Assembly (NCBI GenBank): GCA_963805855.1
Contig: CAWDVW010000007.1
Location: 160,001-224,000 of the forward strand
Direction: 5' to 3'
From: Candidatus Dadabacteria bacterium
GTDB lineage: Bacteria > Desulfobacterota_D > UBA1144 > Nemesobacterales > CSP1-2
Length of the DNA: 64,000 nt
Shown here: one piece after another, positions 21,445 to 31,720 of the stretch
Layout of the letters: every line of letters begins with the position of its first letter
Position numbering within the stretch: the stretch's first letter is position 1
The notes under the pieces: generated by a model
What the model was told of the DNA's origin: nothing
Database searches by the model: none
What the model saw: the letters and a program-made list of their open reading frames with translations, nothing else
Translations under genes and position numbers: made by a program

Positions 21445-21463
21445 AAAGGGGTGCATCCCCTTT
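21445..21463. terminator. Probable bidirectional terminator hairpin
   Basis: aaagggg-tgcat-ccccttt between convergent genes. Confidence 0.5.
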
Positions 21464-21612
21464 CTCTAAGAGGGATTTACTGTCTTGACTATCGCGTGGC
21501 ACTGCGTGAGTCAATTTTAGCGGAAAACTTAATAACTAAGTTTATTGCGACTTTCCATCGAGGCTTTAAACAACGCCGTCACAGGGAGATACAAATAATC
21601 TAAGGTTTACCA

Positions 21613-22218
21613 CTATTGCGCTTCAAATTTAAAGTACCCCTGAATCGCGTTGCGACCTTTAATATCCACGTTTAGCCCGAGTTCAGGACTGTCCATCTTG
21701 AATGAGCTGGCCTTGGCGACATAAGCAGGTGATCCAGGAATGGTGGTAAAAATGCTCTCTACCAGACGGGTCGGTTTGCCACCAGGGCCGCGATATGGTT
21801 CCATTTCTGCATAAACGGAATCACCAATTGCATATTTTCCTTTACCCTCATGGACTTCGAAGGTTATTGGTGCCCGCTTCACGTCAACAAATTTACCCAC
21901 GAGCTTTACGACATCGGCTACCGGTCCGCCTTTCTCTCCTTTATATACGCTCAGCAGGGCCATCTTCCTGCTCTTTGCTCGCATTTTCGTCAATGAAGAG
22001 ACAAACTCGCCAGTTTCCGTCCATTACATTTCCTGGTATAAACGTCGCGAATCCAAGCGTGAGACCCGAAACATCCACACCATCTATCTCGCCTTTGTCG
22101 AAGTGGTACGCCACCGATGCCTCGCAAGTGCCGTAGTCTGGATCCTCGCCGATCCAGCAAGGACAAAGGACCTCACAATTGCAAACTTCTAGAGACGTCC
22201 TTCAAGTGTGTAAGCCAT
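21613..22218 (-). CDS. DUF1326-family metal-binding protein, interrupted by two single-base frameshifts (~22190 and ~21960)
   Basis: GGAGGTG RBS and ATG at 22218; corrected translation MAYTLEGRLLEVCNCEVLCPCWIGEDPDYGTC...GVDVSGL...PGNVMDGNW...IDENASKEQ, continuing into the 126-aa ORF ending GRNAIQGYFKFEAQ. Confidence 0.8.
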
Positions 22219-22630
22219 ATCCACCTCCTGTATTGTCGTCGAAATCCGTCAAAACCTGCTGGAGTTACAGGTAAAGGATATGGGGTCAGGCATGAATAAA
22301 TGAGTTGTTTTTCTCTTGTTCTTCCTCGCAGGTATATTTTAATTCTCCTTATTTATTCCATTATCATTAATTTGTGCTCTCTTCTTGACGTTGAGGAGTA
22401 TTGATTCTCGGTGGGATTCGTGAGATTCGTAAGTCCACGCAGATCCCTCGATTTTTCGCCTCGCTCATAACCCAGGATTTAAAATTCCTCCCAATCACTG
22501 GTTTGTGGATTCCCGACAAAAATCGTCTGGAATGACAGAGCGGGGTAGCATTCAGGAAAGACGATTAAAGGATCACGCTCGATCTTTTTGTATTCTAGGA
22601 CACTTCAATATAATCTTAAATTCGATCGTC

Positions 22631-23326
22631 ATGAATGAAAAAATCATGGTAATCATCCCGGCCTTCAATGAAGCGGATTCAATTGTGAGGGTGATAAATG
22701 ATATCCCAAAAGGCCTGGTTTATGAGATAGTGGTGGTCAACAATGGCTCAAGAGATGGTACTGAGAGAAAAGCAAGAGATGCCGGGGCTACCGTGCTCAG
22801 CGAAGATAGAAGAGGATATGGATTTGCGTGCCTAAGCGGTATTGATTATGCAAAGTCCAAGCCTGAGGCTGAGAAGCCTTATATCATCGTATTCCTGGAT
22901 GGAGATTATTCCGATTTTCCCCAGGAGATGGAATATTTGGTTAAACCAATTTTGGAATCAGATTATGATTTGGTGATAGGCTCAAGAAGATCAGGTAGGA
23001 GCGAAAGGGGATCTATGTTGCCCCAGGCAGTCTTTGGAAATGCTTTAGCTACTGCTTTGATGAGGTTAATTCATGGAGCGAAATTCACTGACTTGGGGCC
23101 ATTTAGAGCAATAAAATTTGATAAACTTCTCGAATTGAATATGGAAGACAAAACCTTCGGATGGACTGCTGAGATGCAAGTGAAGGGCGCGAAAATGGGA
23201 CTCAAATACTGTGAAGTGCCTGTGAGTTATAGAAAGAGGATAGGAATTTCAAAAGTGACCGGAACCTTTTCAGGAACAATTAAGGCCGGGTATAAGATTT
23301 TATGGACGATTTTTAAACATGTGTGA
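22631..23326 (+). CDS. Glycosyltransferase family 2 (DPM-synthase-like)
   Basis: IIPAFNE, VVVNNGSRDGT, GYGFAC, FLDGDYSD, TDLGPFRAI; ATG at 22631. Confidence 0.9.
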   Translation: MNEKIMVIIPAFNEADSIVRVINDIPKGLVYEIVVVNNGSRDGTERKARDAGATVLSEDRRGYGFACLSGIDYAKSKPEAEKPYIIVFLDGDYSDFPQEMEYLVKPILESDYDLVIGSRRSGRSERGSMLPQAVFGNALATALMRLIHGAKFTDLGPFRAIKFDKLLELNMEDKTFGWTAEMQVKGAKMGLKYCEVPVSYRKRIGISKVTGTFSGTIKAGYKILWTIFKHV

Positions 23327-23518
23327 TTACTATTGATGTTAATTTCACGATGCTCATCTTAAGAAGAAAATCCCTTCCCCATTCTTAAGTGGGAGGAGAT
23401 CTTATGTCGTAAACAAAATGCTTAAGCTAGTTAGCAACTAAGAATCTAGTGCCCATTTGCCGAACAGGATTTGTCAGGTGCTTCATCATTAGGACTGACT
23501 GGGGAGCGGCCCCCACAT

Positions 23519-25057
23519 TTAATTTGCTTTCCGACTACGTACGGATTTTCCGAGGGCAATCAGAAACATGACGGCTTTCCCTTCGGCATGTGGCGAAAAA
23601 AATTCGGTAACTTCATCGTCAAAGAAGGTAAGTCCGCTTGCCCCTAGACCTAGCGAATATGCGGAGAGGTATAATTTACCCCCTAATATTCCAGCCTCGA
23701 GCTCGGCCGCTCTATATCCGCGATTTCCGTATTTTTCGAGTATTCGATCTAGGTCAGCAAGAAAGAACACATCTGCACTGGCATCTGCCGGTATGTCTTG
23801 ACCAAGCCCTAGATGACCGGCTTCTTTTCTGAAGTCACCTTCCTTCAACATTTCGAGTGATTGATCTCTTTGATTATAGAAATAAGATCCCTTACGTATG
23901 TATTCCACATCGTTTACTATGATGTATGCATCGTTAAGCGTAGCTCCGAACGGATTAAGGAAATCTGCCGAGATTCCAGTTGTCGCGCTGAACAGCATGT
24001 AAGAGAGCTGCTTAAATGTGATGGGTTCTCGGGAAAATTGCCGGGTAGAACCGCGGCTTAGGATCGTTTGTTCTATTGTCCTCGATTTATTGGCATCTCG
24101 GAGATAATCATTAACGTCGAGAGGAAAAAGCGGCGCCTTCGAATCTATTGACTCAGATTCGGTTGTGTTATTTCTCCAATCATGTACTTCCTGCTTTGAA
24201 GGAAGTGAAGAAGCCTCGTGCATTCTTCGTATAGATGGATAGTTGATCTCATTCCTGGATAGTGGAACTGTTTCATATGGTAAGTTTTCCAATTCGACTT
24301 GCTTGCTCTTGGCTTCCCGATTCGTTCTGCCCAGGGGAACAAGACTCACCGCCACTTCTCGATTGGTATCCAGATCAAGAAGTTTATTTACAGTTTCGTC
24401 TACAAATCCTGAAACGACCCGTGTGGGGATCTTGTAGGCATTTGCAGCCGTTATGAGATTGGCAACGATTGTGCCACCGTCCCAGAATGTGTGCCTGTAT
24501 GCTCGTGATTGATATTTCCAAGAATTTCTCCAAAATGTGCTTGTGCAAATAATTATTATAGGTGCTTCTAACGTCGAAGATTCATGAGAAGTCGCTTCAA
24601 TGAGTGTCCCTCTTAGATCTCCGTCCCGCAGTTTTCTGAGAGAAAACTCGTGCGGCCCGAAGTGATATACGCCCGCTTCGAGCCCGTGTATCTTCATTGT
24701 CACAACATACAGGTCAATATGGTATAGGGCACCTGTACAGGCGGCTGCTCTGAAATGAATTTCGCCACCGGGGTATCTCCTTTTCTTTGTTATTCCGGCT
24801 GAGAGGAAGAGAAGACGCCCTAAAGTCGAGAGGTCCGGAATTATTTCAATATCGTTATGGTCAGGCGCTGATAAAAGGGCTTCGAGTGTTGGTCTATCAG
24901 ACCATGGTAAATCGTTAGGGATCTTAATCGGATCAATGTCCTTATAGATTTTAAACGGAATTGGCTGGTTGTCCCAGTCCAGAAAATGAGGGGGCATTCC
25001 GGGGTGTTTTGTGATATTATGGAATCTCCAGGTCTCCTGAATTTTTCTATTATTCAT
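23519..25057 (-). CDS. SagB/ThcOx-family FMN-dependent dehydrogenase with tandem nitroreductase domains
   Basis: FRAAACTGALY, WKYQSRAYR, ILSRGSTRQF, YGNRGYR, LGASGLTFFDDEV. Confidence 0.85.
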   Translation of the reverse strand: MNNRKIQETWRFHNITKHPGMPPHFLDWDNQPIPFKIYKDIDPIKIPNDLPWSDRPTLEALLSAPDHNDIEIIPDLSTLGRLLFLSAGITKKRRYPGGEIHFRAAACTGALYHIDLYVVTMKIHGLEAGVYHFGPHEFSLRKLRDGDLRGTLIEATSHESSTLEAPIIIICTSTFWRNSWKYQSRAYRHTFWDGGTIVANLITAANAYKIPTRVVSGFVDETVNKLLDLDTNREVAVSLVPLGRTNREAKSKQVELENLPYETVPLSRNEINYPSIRRMHEASSLPSKQEVHDWRNNTTESESIDSKAPLFPLDVNDYLRDANKSRTIEQTILSRGSTRQFSREPITFKQLSYMLFSATTGISADFLNPFGATLNDAYIIVNDVEYIRKGSYFYNQRDQSLEMLKEGDFRKEAGHLGLGQDIPADASADVFFLADLDRILEKYGNRGYRAAELEAGILGGKLYLSAYSLGLGASGLTFFDDEVTEFFSPHAEGKAVMFLIALGKSVRSRKAN

Positions 25058-25085
25058 GGGTCATTCGAATGGTTTTATACTCTTA

Positions 25086-25454
25086 TCATAGACTAACCTT
25101 AAAGATCGCCATATATGCAGCAATAACCCCAAGAATAGGAATTATAACCCATAAGGATATTTTAAGCTCTGGCATTCTCCTGATGAGAATAACTATTACT
25201 GCGAGTATTATCCATACAGTGATTTTTACCCAAACCCAAAGAGGCCAGCTCTGAAAGGCACTGAATCCGAGGCGTGCTAAAAGACCAAACCCTGCGACCA
25301 GTATCACTATAACAGCAATTCCGTGTGTGAGTGCTATCAACTTTCTACTCACGGGGGTTTTCGTTGAAGATAATGTCAAATAGCCCCCCAAAGATAGGAA
25401 TAGAAGGATTACACCCAGTAGGTGTATCAATTTATAGGTTTCGTATGATAGCAT
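25086..25454 (-). CDS. Small four-TM membrane protein
   Basis: YKLIHLLG, HG, WVWVK motifs with four hydrophobic helices; GGGAGG RBS. Confidence 0.75.
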   Translation of the reverse strand: MLSYETYKLIHLLGVILLFLSLGGYLTLSSTKTPVSRKLIALTHGIAVIVILVAGFGLLARLGFSAFQSWPLWVWVKITVWIILAVIVILIRRMPELKISLWVIIPILGVIAAYMAIFKVSL

Positions 25455-25558
25455 TTTTCCTCCCTTAATTGTAAGATTGGTTTAATCACATAGAATTATA
25501 TTCTACTTACTGTTTAATAAAAATAGCCATAAAGATTTTAGATCAATTGGAGAATGGG

Positions 25559-26632
25559 ATGGATAAGACAGAGAAACTACTTAGGGATTTGACAGATGCA
25601 TCAGGGGTCCCGGGGTATGAGGCAGAAGTGCGTAGAGTAATACGCAGTTATTTAGAGCCTCACGGAGAGATCACACAGGACAAGATGGGCAGTCTGATCT
25701 GCAAGAAGGATGGCAGAACACCGCGACCCAAGGTTATGCTTGCGGGGCATATGGATGAGGTTGGCTTCATGGTGAAGCACATAACTTCGGAGGGATTTAT
25801 TAAATTTGCCACATTGGGTGGATGGTGGGACCAGGTCCTACTCGCCCAAAGGGTCGTCATCAAGACAAACTCGGGCGATGTGGTAGGGGTTATTGGCGCA
25901 AAACCTCCACATCTGCTATCTCAGGAAGAGAGGAATAAGATTGTCGACAAAAAAAACATGTACATCGACATCGGTGCTAGTTCTGAAAAGGAGGTGGCAA
26001 GCGCAGGGGTTCGAGTTGGTGATCCGATCGTGCCCAAGAGTGATTTTGCTGTGCTATCAAATCCAAAGACCTACATGGCAAAGGCCTTTGACGATCGCAT
26101 CGGTTGTGCGCTTGTAGTATCGGCACTGCAGAGTTTTGATCGAAAAGGTCATCCAAATACAATATATGGCGTGACGACCGTACAAGAAGAGGTAGGTGTG
26201 CGTGGTGCGTCAACGAGCGTTGAAATGGTGGATCCCGATGTGGCAATAATATTGGAGTCTGATATTGCCGGAGATGTTCCGGGGATCAAGCCAGAGGAGT
26301 CATCGACAAAGCTTGGTGCAGGGCCAACAGTGCTCGTTTATGACGCTCGCATGATACCAAACCTGAAACTCAGAGATTTCGTCATAGATGTCGCGCGAAA
26401 ATCAAAGATTCCGCTTCAGTTCACGGCAATGGAGGGTGGGGCGACTGATGGTTCTGTGATTCACTTGCATAAAACCGGGATCCCAACAGTCGTTCTCGGT
26501 GTGCCTACGAGGCATATACACAGTCACAGCGCGATCATTAGAAGAAATGACTTCGACAATTCGGTGAAGTTGCTCACAAGGTTGATTGAAAAGTTGGATA
26601 AGAAGACGGTTCACAGTCTGACCGAATGGTGA
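25559..26632 (+). CDS. M42 family metallo-aminopeptidase
   Basis: GVPGYE, AGHMDEVG, KAFDDRIG, QEEVGVRGA, GGATD, RHIHS. Confidence 0.93.
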   Translation: MDKTEKLLRDLTDASGVPGYEAEVRRVIRSYLEPHGEITQDKMGSLICKKDGRTPRPKVMLAGHMDEVGFMVKHITSEGFIKFATLGGWWDQVLLAQRVVIKTNSGDVVGVIGAKPPHLLSQEERNKIVDKKNMYIDIGASSEKEVASAGVRVGDPIVPKSDFAVLSNPKTYMAKAFDDRIGCALVVSALQSFDRKGHPNTIYGVTTVQEEVGVRGASTSVEMVDPDVAIILESDIAGDVPGIKPEESSTKLGAGPTVLVYDARMIPNLKLRDFVIDVARKSKIPLQFTAMEGGATDGSVIHLHKTGIPTVVLGVPTRHIHSHSAIIRRNDFDNSVKLLTRLIEKLDKKTVHSLTEW

Positions 26633-26985
26633 AATAAACATCGAGTTCATTTATATTTTCATCTTAACTCTATTAGAACACCGTTGAATTACTGGGAGCG
26701 ACCCCGGAGGGTTATCTGCGCGTCATTACGAGCAATTGTAGCAATTCCACTTTTTAGATTTTCCCTATTATTATGCTCTTGGAGAATTGAGATGAAACAC
26801 AAATATAAATATCCCCCTCATTTCATACTCGAGTGGTTTTTTTGTGGGTTTATGATTTAAAGCATCGATAACACCTTGAGTATTCAATGATCACAAGTGT
26901 ATAATATAAAACAGTCTGACATTTAAAATTAGCTTACGTTATTTGAATTTTTTTAAAATGTCATTTTTAAAGGGGGCACAATGCT

Positions 26986-27297
26986 ATGAAAAGATTTAAC
27001 ATCTTATTAATTGTTTTATTTTTGGGTTTTTCCTTTAATTTGCTTTCTGGATGCGAAGAGGGTGTAAAGAAGGAAGACTACGAAATGCTCAAAATAGAAC
27101 TACAAAAGGTTCAATCTGAAAAGTCAAACCTTGAGAAAAAGAATCAAGAACTTGAAAACGAATTAAGCGCCCTGAAGGATGAAAACCAGAAGTTACTCGC
27201 TGAAAATGAAGAGCTCAAATCAATGCAGCCTGAAACAGAACCGATGGAATCTCCCACTCCAGAACCATCAGTAACCCCTGTCCCTGAAGATGAATGA
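26986..27297 (+). CDS. Small coiled-coil lipoprotein
   Basis: Signal peptide with LSGC lipobox, heptad coiled coil, Pro/Glu/Thr tail. Confidence 0.75.
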   Translation: MKRFNILLIVLFLGFSFNLLSGCEEGVKKEDYEMLKIELQKVQSEKSNLEKKNQELENELSALKDENQKLLAENEELKSMQPETEPMESPTPEPSVTPVPEDE

Positions 27298-27864
27298 CAT
27301 TGAGCCTCACGCAGAGCTTTTGTACTGGTTAAATGGGGTTTAGAACGGTATCTATTGTTCGCTTCGGAAAGCATTCGCGTTGATATGTAGGCAACATCAA
27401 AAGGAAAGACCGCCGAAAAATCATGATCTCCCGGATGTTTCAAAGTGTTTTTGTCTCTGCCGTATGAAGTATGTAGTTAATCTTTACAGCCTCAGCTACG
27501 AACTTCCTTGTCATCCAATTAAGCCAATTGATATCGATTCGTGTTTCTAATTCGATTACATGATCTTCTTTGAAACAATTCCATAATTCCACGGGAACCT
27601 TTCTTGGCTTCGAATTCTTATCGACGCGTGTAGATAAATACAATTTCTCATGTCATTTGTACTCGCATAAGAAATTTATTTGAGCTCATCTGATTATAAG
27701 AGGATTATTTAAATCGAAAGAAGTTTTGTTTTCTAAAAAATCGCGGAGCTATTTTGATTATGTTGGAAATTTATTTTTTTCAGAATTCAAAAAATTCCTA
27801 TTGCATTATTAAAATAATTGTATTATATATAGCTTGTAAATCGTTTAACGGGAGGTGAGAACGA

Positions 27865-27936
27865 ATGGCAAAGGCAAAAGCCAAGCCAAAGGCCAAAGCC
27901 AAGGCTAAGAAGAGTGCAGCCAAGAAGAAGAAGTAA
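27865..27936 (+). CDS. 23-aa Lys/Ala-rich basic micropeptide (MAKAKAKPKAKAKAKKSAAKKKK)
   Basis: GGAGGTG RBS upstream of ATG 27865; synonymous codon variation across the AK repeats; promoter-like sequence upstream and hairpin downstream; below the ORF-track size cutoff. Confidence 0.75.
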   Translation: MAKAKAKPKAKAKAKKSAAKKKK

Positions 27937-27981
27937 GTACTGATTGGTTGTTTACTCAGTTAGTTTAGATTGGAAGTAAAA

Positions 27982-28026
27982 AGAGTTTATGCGTGTCACG
28001 TAACATGGTGACACGCATAGCTCTCT
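27982..28026. terminator. Strong hairpin downstream of the micropeptide gene
   Basis: atgcgtgtcac-8 nt-gtgacacgcat perfect 11-bp stem, extendable by agagttt/agctctct. Confidence 0.6.
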
Positions 28027-28246
28027 GATTCCGAGAGTATTCAAAAATAAATCGGATGACATATTAAGATCACGAATAGATAGTTTCTTCAATATCCTAC
28101 CTGAGACCTAACTCTAAAAAATCCCGAACGCAACATAGACAAAGGAGCTAAGCGTTAGCTTTTAGCTGAATTACCATTGCTATCGTAATGTTATTGTTCT
28201 GTTTGCACAATTATTTAATCGGAGGGTATCTTTAATAATATCGGAA

Positions 28247-30820
28247 ATGCGATATGAAACCCTGGTTGATTTCTTTAGCCAACTTGCCACTCAGCCGGGG
28301 GACTATATAACCTACGACAGCGGTTACCGTTCCAAAACATTCTCTTACTCGGACGTCGCGCGCGCCGCTAGAGAATTCGCCCTTCGACTAAGTGGTAACA
28401 ACATAAAAAAGGGTGATAATGTGGTTATATGGAGTGAGAACAGGCCCGAGTGGGTGATCGCATTTTGGGGGTGCCTGATTAGTGGTGCTGTACTGGTACC
28501 TGTAGATTACCAATCTTCCCCAGATTTTTTGAAAAGGGTCATAAGTATCGTCGAGGCTCCTCTGGTTCTCGTTGGAGAGGAGACTGCGATGCCTTTCCTA
28601 GATGGAGAGGTTGGAGTCTGGAGCCTGGCTGATATCGCGCGGCCAAACGGTTCGGCCGATTCGGAGTTTATTAAATATCATGACAACGCCGGGAGTCGTC
28701 GAGCGAATGATGGCGGGGACTATCAGGGCTCGTATCGCATTGCTCGAGACGATGTTGCAGAAATTATTTTCACTTCCGGTGCGACAGCCGAACCTAAAGG
28801 AGTAGTGCTTACTCATGCAAACATTATTGCAAACCTGACACCGATTGAGAACGAGGCTTCAAAATTCCGTAAATATCTGAGGCTGTTTTTACCAATACGG
28901 TTTCTCATTCTTCCTCCGCTTAGTCATCTCTTTGGCCAGGCGCTGGCGCTGTTTGTAGTACCGATGATCGGGGGAACTGTGATCTTTATGCATGGTTATA
29001 ACCCCTTTGATGTCGTGCGCCAGATTCGAAAGAGGAGAATATCGGTTTTGGTATGCGTTCCAAAGATGCTCGATGTCTTGCGGATGCATCTTGTCACCCA
29101 AAAGTTACGCGAATCAAAATTAGCTGACCGAAGCTTGCATATCGCAAGGCGCTGGCTTAAGCACTGGAGAGTTCATCGGTTATTCGGGCTTAAGTTTTGG
29201 AGCTTAATTGTTGGTGCGGCTCCACTTGATTCGGAGCTGGAAGAATTTTGGTCCCGTCTTGGATTCGTGGTTATTCAGGGTTATGGCCTTACGGAGAGCG
29301 CTCCGATAGTCACATTCAATAATCCCTTAAAGGTAAGCAGAGGATCGGTGGGAAAAGTGATTCCGGGTGTTGAGATAAAGATCGCGCCGGACGGTGAGAT
29401 ACTTATCCGAGGCGAGACGGTAACCCATGGGTATTTCAAGGCTCAAACTGAAACGGAAGAAGCCTTTGACGGAGGGTGGTTTCATACTGGTGACATCGGT
29501 TCTTTCGATGAGGAGGGTAATCTCTATATACATGGTCGTAAGAAGGAGATTATTGTCACTCCAGAGGGCATGAACGTGTTTCCAGAAGATGTTGAGCATG
29601 TGCTTAATGCTCTCCCCGGTGTTACCGAATCGGCGGTAATTGGAGTCAGGAGCGATGGAGAAGAGCGTGTACATGCCGTTGTGGTGCCAGACCGAAAGAG
29701 TCCCGATTATAAGGGCGTTATTGATATTGAAGGGCTTATGCGTACTGCAAACTCCCGTCTAGCGGATCATCAGAAGATACGGGGCATCACGGAGTGGCCT
29801 GGTGAAGGGCTCCCTCGCACCGAAGGAACACAAAAATTAAAAAGGCGGGAGGTCAAGCAATGGTATGAAAGCGGGAAGACGGGACATGAGATTTATGATG
29901 CCAGAGATTCGATTGATTCAATAATTGAGCGGGTCTATGGTGATAAAATTACGGGTCCTGCCGAGACAATTGAAGAGCTTGGTCTCAGCTCATTAGAGCG
30001 GGTAGAGCTATTGATGGAGATTGAGGATAAGTTTCAAACTCATTTGGATGAGGAGAGATTTACTCAAGCTCGAGATGTGGGAGAAATTCGCCGACTAATA
30101 GAGAATTCGCAAATCAGTCCTGCTGTCGAACCAGTAGAATTCCCAGCGTGGAACAGAAGCTGGATTGCTCGTGTGTTCAGACGTCTAAGCCTTGCGACAT
30201 GGGTCCTTCCGATATCCGGAATCTTCGCTTGGATTCGAGTCGACGGATTAGAAAATCTTAAATCGCTCGATGGGCCAGTAATTTTTGCATCCAATCACCA
30301 AAGCTCATTGGACGCTCCTGTGATTCTCCGCTCTCTACCTCCTCACCGACGTTATAAGGTAGCACCGGCAATGGGTAAGGAGTTTTTCAGGGCTCACTTC
30401 TACCCCAAGAAACACACACGATGGGAATGGTTTCTAAAAAGTATTGAGTATTATCTTGCCTCGTTACTATTTAATACCTTCCCTATTCCTCAGCGAGAGA
30501 CTGGAACCCGACAGACCCTCCGTTATATTGGTGAATTGGTAGACGAGGGAAACTCGATCCTTATTTTCCCCGAGGGCGAACGTACCGATAAAGGGGAGAT
30601 CAAGGAATTTCAGCCAGGGGTAGGTATGATTGCCTCGATGCTGAACATCCCTGTAGTGCCAGTTTACCTGGAAGGGGTTTTCAGGGTGTTGCATCGATCA
30701 TGGAGGTTTCCGAGGCCCGGTCGTGTGCGGGTGGTGTTTGGACCGCCCCTCCATCTCAGGGGTAAGGATTATCAATCGCTCGCAGGGGATGTTGAAAGCG
30801 CAGTAAGACAATTGCAATAA
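28247..30820 (+). CDS. Aas-like fusion of acyl-adenylate ligase, acyl carrier domain and PlsC acyltransferase
   Basis: Intact FTSGATAEPKG P-loop, QGYGLTE, FHTGDIG, GRKKE, TQKLKR; LGLSSLERVEL carrier motif; NHQSSLD and FPEGERT. Confidence 0.9.
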   Translation: MRYETLVDFFSQLATQPGDYITYDSGYRSKTFSYSDVARAAREFALRLSGNNIKKGDNVVIWSENRPEWVIAFWGCLISGAVLVPVDYQSSPDFLKRVISIVEAPLVLVGEETAMPFLDGEVGVWSLADIARPNGSADSEFIKYHDNAGSRRANDGGDYQGSYRIARDDVAEIIFTSGATAEPKGVVLTHANIIANLTPIENEASKFRKYLRLFLPIRFLILPPLSHLFGQALALFVVPMIGGTVIFMHGYNPFDVVRQIRKRRISVLVCVPKMLDVLRMHLVTQKLRESKLADRSLHIARRWLKHWRVHRLFGLKFWSLIVGAAPLDSELEEFWSRLGFVVIQGYGLTESAPIVTFNNPLKVSRGSVGKVIPGVEIKIAPDGEILIRGETVTHGYFKAQTETEEAFDGGWFHTGDIGSFDEEGNLYIHGRKKEIIVTPEGMNVFPEDVEHVLNALPGVTESAVIGVRSDGEERVHAVVVPDRKSPDYKGVIDIEGLMRTANSRLADHQKIRGITEWPGEGLPRTEGTQKLKRREVKQWYESGKTGHEIYDARDSIDSIIERVYGDKITGPAETIEELGLSSLERVELLMEIEDKFQTHLDEERFTQARDVGEIRRLIENSQISPAVEPVEFPAWNRSWIARVFRRLSLATWVLPISGIFAWIRVDGLENLKSLDGPVIFASNHQSSLDAPVILRSLPPHRRYKVAPAMGKEFFRAHFYPKKHTRWEWFLKSIEYYLASLLFNTFPIPQRETGTRQTLRYIGELVDEGNSILIFPEGERTDKGEIKEFQPGVGMIASMLNIPVVPVYLEGVFRVLHRSWRFPRPGRVRVVFGPPLHLRGKDYQSLAGDVESAVRQLQ

Positions 30821-30892
30821 CTTTAAGAAAATGTTTTGAATTTGTGGGAATCAAGGTCTAACAATATAAATAATAACCGGGTAAAGCAGGCG

Positions 30893-31516
30893 CTATTTCT
30901 TTGTTGATTCAGTACAGAAGTTTTCTATATCTTCGTTAGCCTCAGCATATCCTAATTCACCGGCCTTGGATAAGTCCGAGCAACCACTGTCTTTCCGGTC
31001 TGAAAGAATTTTTGCCACACCTCTATTGTAATATGCTTCTTCACTTTTGGGATCAAGCTGGATCGCTTTGTCAAAATCCTCTATAGCGCCTTTATATTCG
31101 CTCATATTCCCCTTTGCCAACCCTCTACCCACGTATGCCAATGCATCATTGGGGTCGAGCCCTATGGCAGTACTATAGTCCTGAATAGCACTCTTATAGT
31201 CCTTTATTGCGCCTTTCGCTTTACCTCTTCCTATGTAGGCCGACGCAAGACTGGGATTAAGTTCAATGGCCTTGCTGTAGTCCAGTATCGCTTCTTTATA
31301 CTGTTTCAGTCCAACCCTTGCTCCAGCTCGTGCTTCATATGCTTCTGCATATTTAGGGTTTTGCTCGATAGCCTTGTTGAAATCCTGTATGGCTCCCTGA
31401 TAATCGCCATTCAGAAATTTATCCACGCCCATTTCGGAATAGGATTCCGAGGTCTGTGAAAAGCCTGGCGGGACTGAATAAAATCTGAGAAGCAGTATAA
31501 TAAATATTATCTTCAT
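30893..31516 (-). CDS. Secreted tetratricopeptide repeat protein
   Basis: Signal-like N-terminus and 34-aa repeats of AY..RG.....Y..AI.D..KAI.L.P. Confidence 0.9.
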   Translation of the reverse strand: MKIIFIILLLRFYSVPPGFSQTSESYSEMGVDKFLNGDYQGAIQDFNKAIEQNPKYAEAYEARAGARVGLKQYKEAILDYSKAIELNPSLASAYIGRGKAKGAIKDYKSAIQDYSTAIGLDPNDALAYVGRGLAKGNMSEYKGAIEDFDKAIQLDPKSEEAYYNRGVAKILSDRKDSGCSDLSKAGELGYAEANEDIENFCTESTKK

Positions 31517-31720
31517 GGCGCTGGATTTTATCAGAAAAAGGAATTTACTCCAAGACGGACGGGATATCGAGTTCTATCCATTTTTTACCGGTTTGCTTCT
31601 CAACATCCAACCAATAATTCCGCAAATTCCAAATTACCAATCGTACCCAATTTTAGCTGGCCGTAAGTGATAGATAATGGTACGAATTGAAATTCTTCTG
31701 AATCCTCGTAATGAGGTCCA

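Noticed and set aside
22505-22630. N-terminal extension of the GT2 ORF
   Set aside because: It translates a palindromic repeat remnant; family homology begins at ATG 22631.
27144-27643. Two minus-strand ORFs (67 and 99 aa), possibly a gene remnant
   Set aside because: No recognisable motifs or RBS, and the 99-aa ORF overlaps the lipoprotein gene antisense; coding status unsupported.
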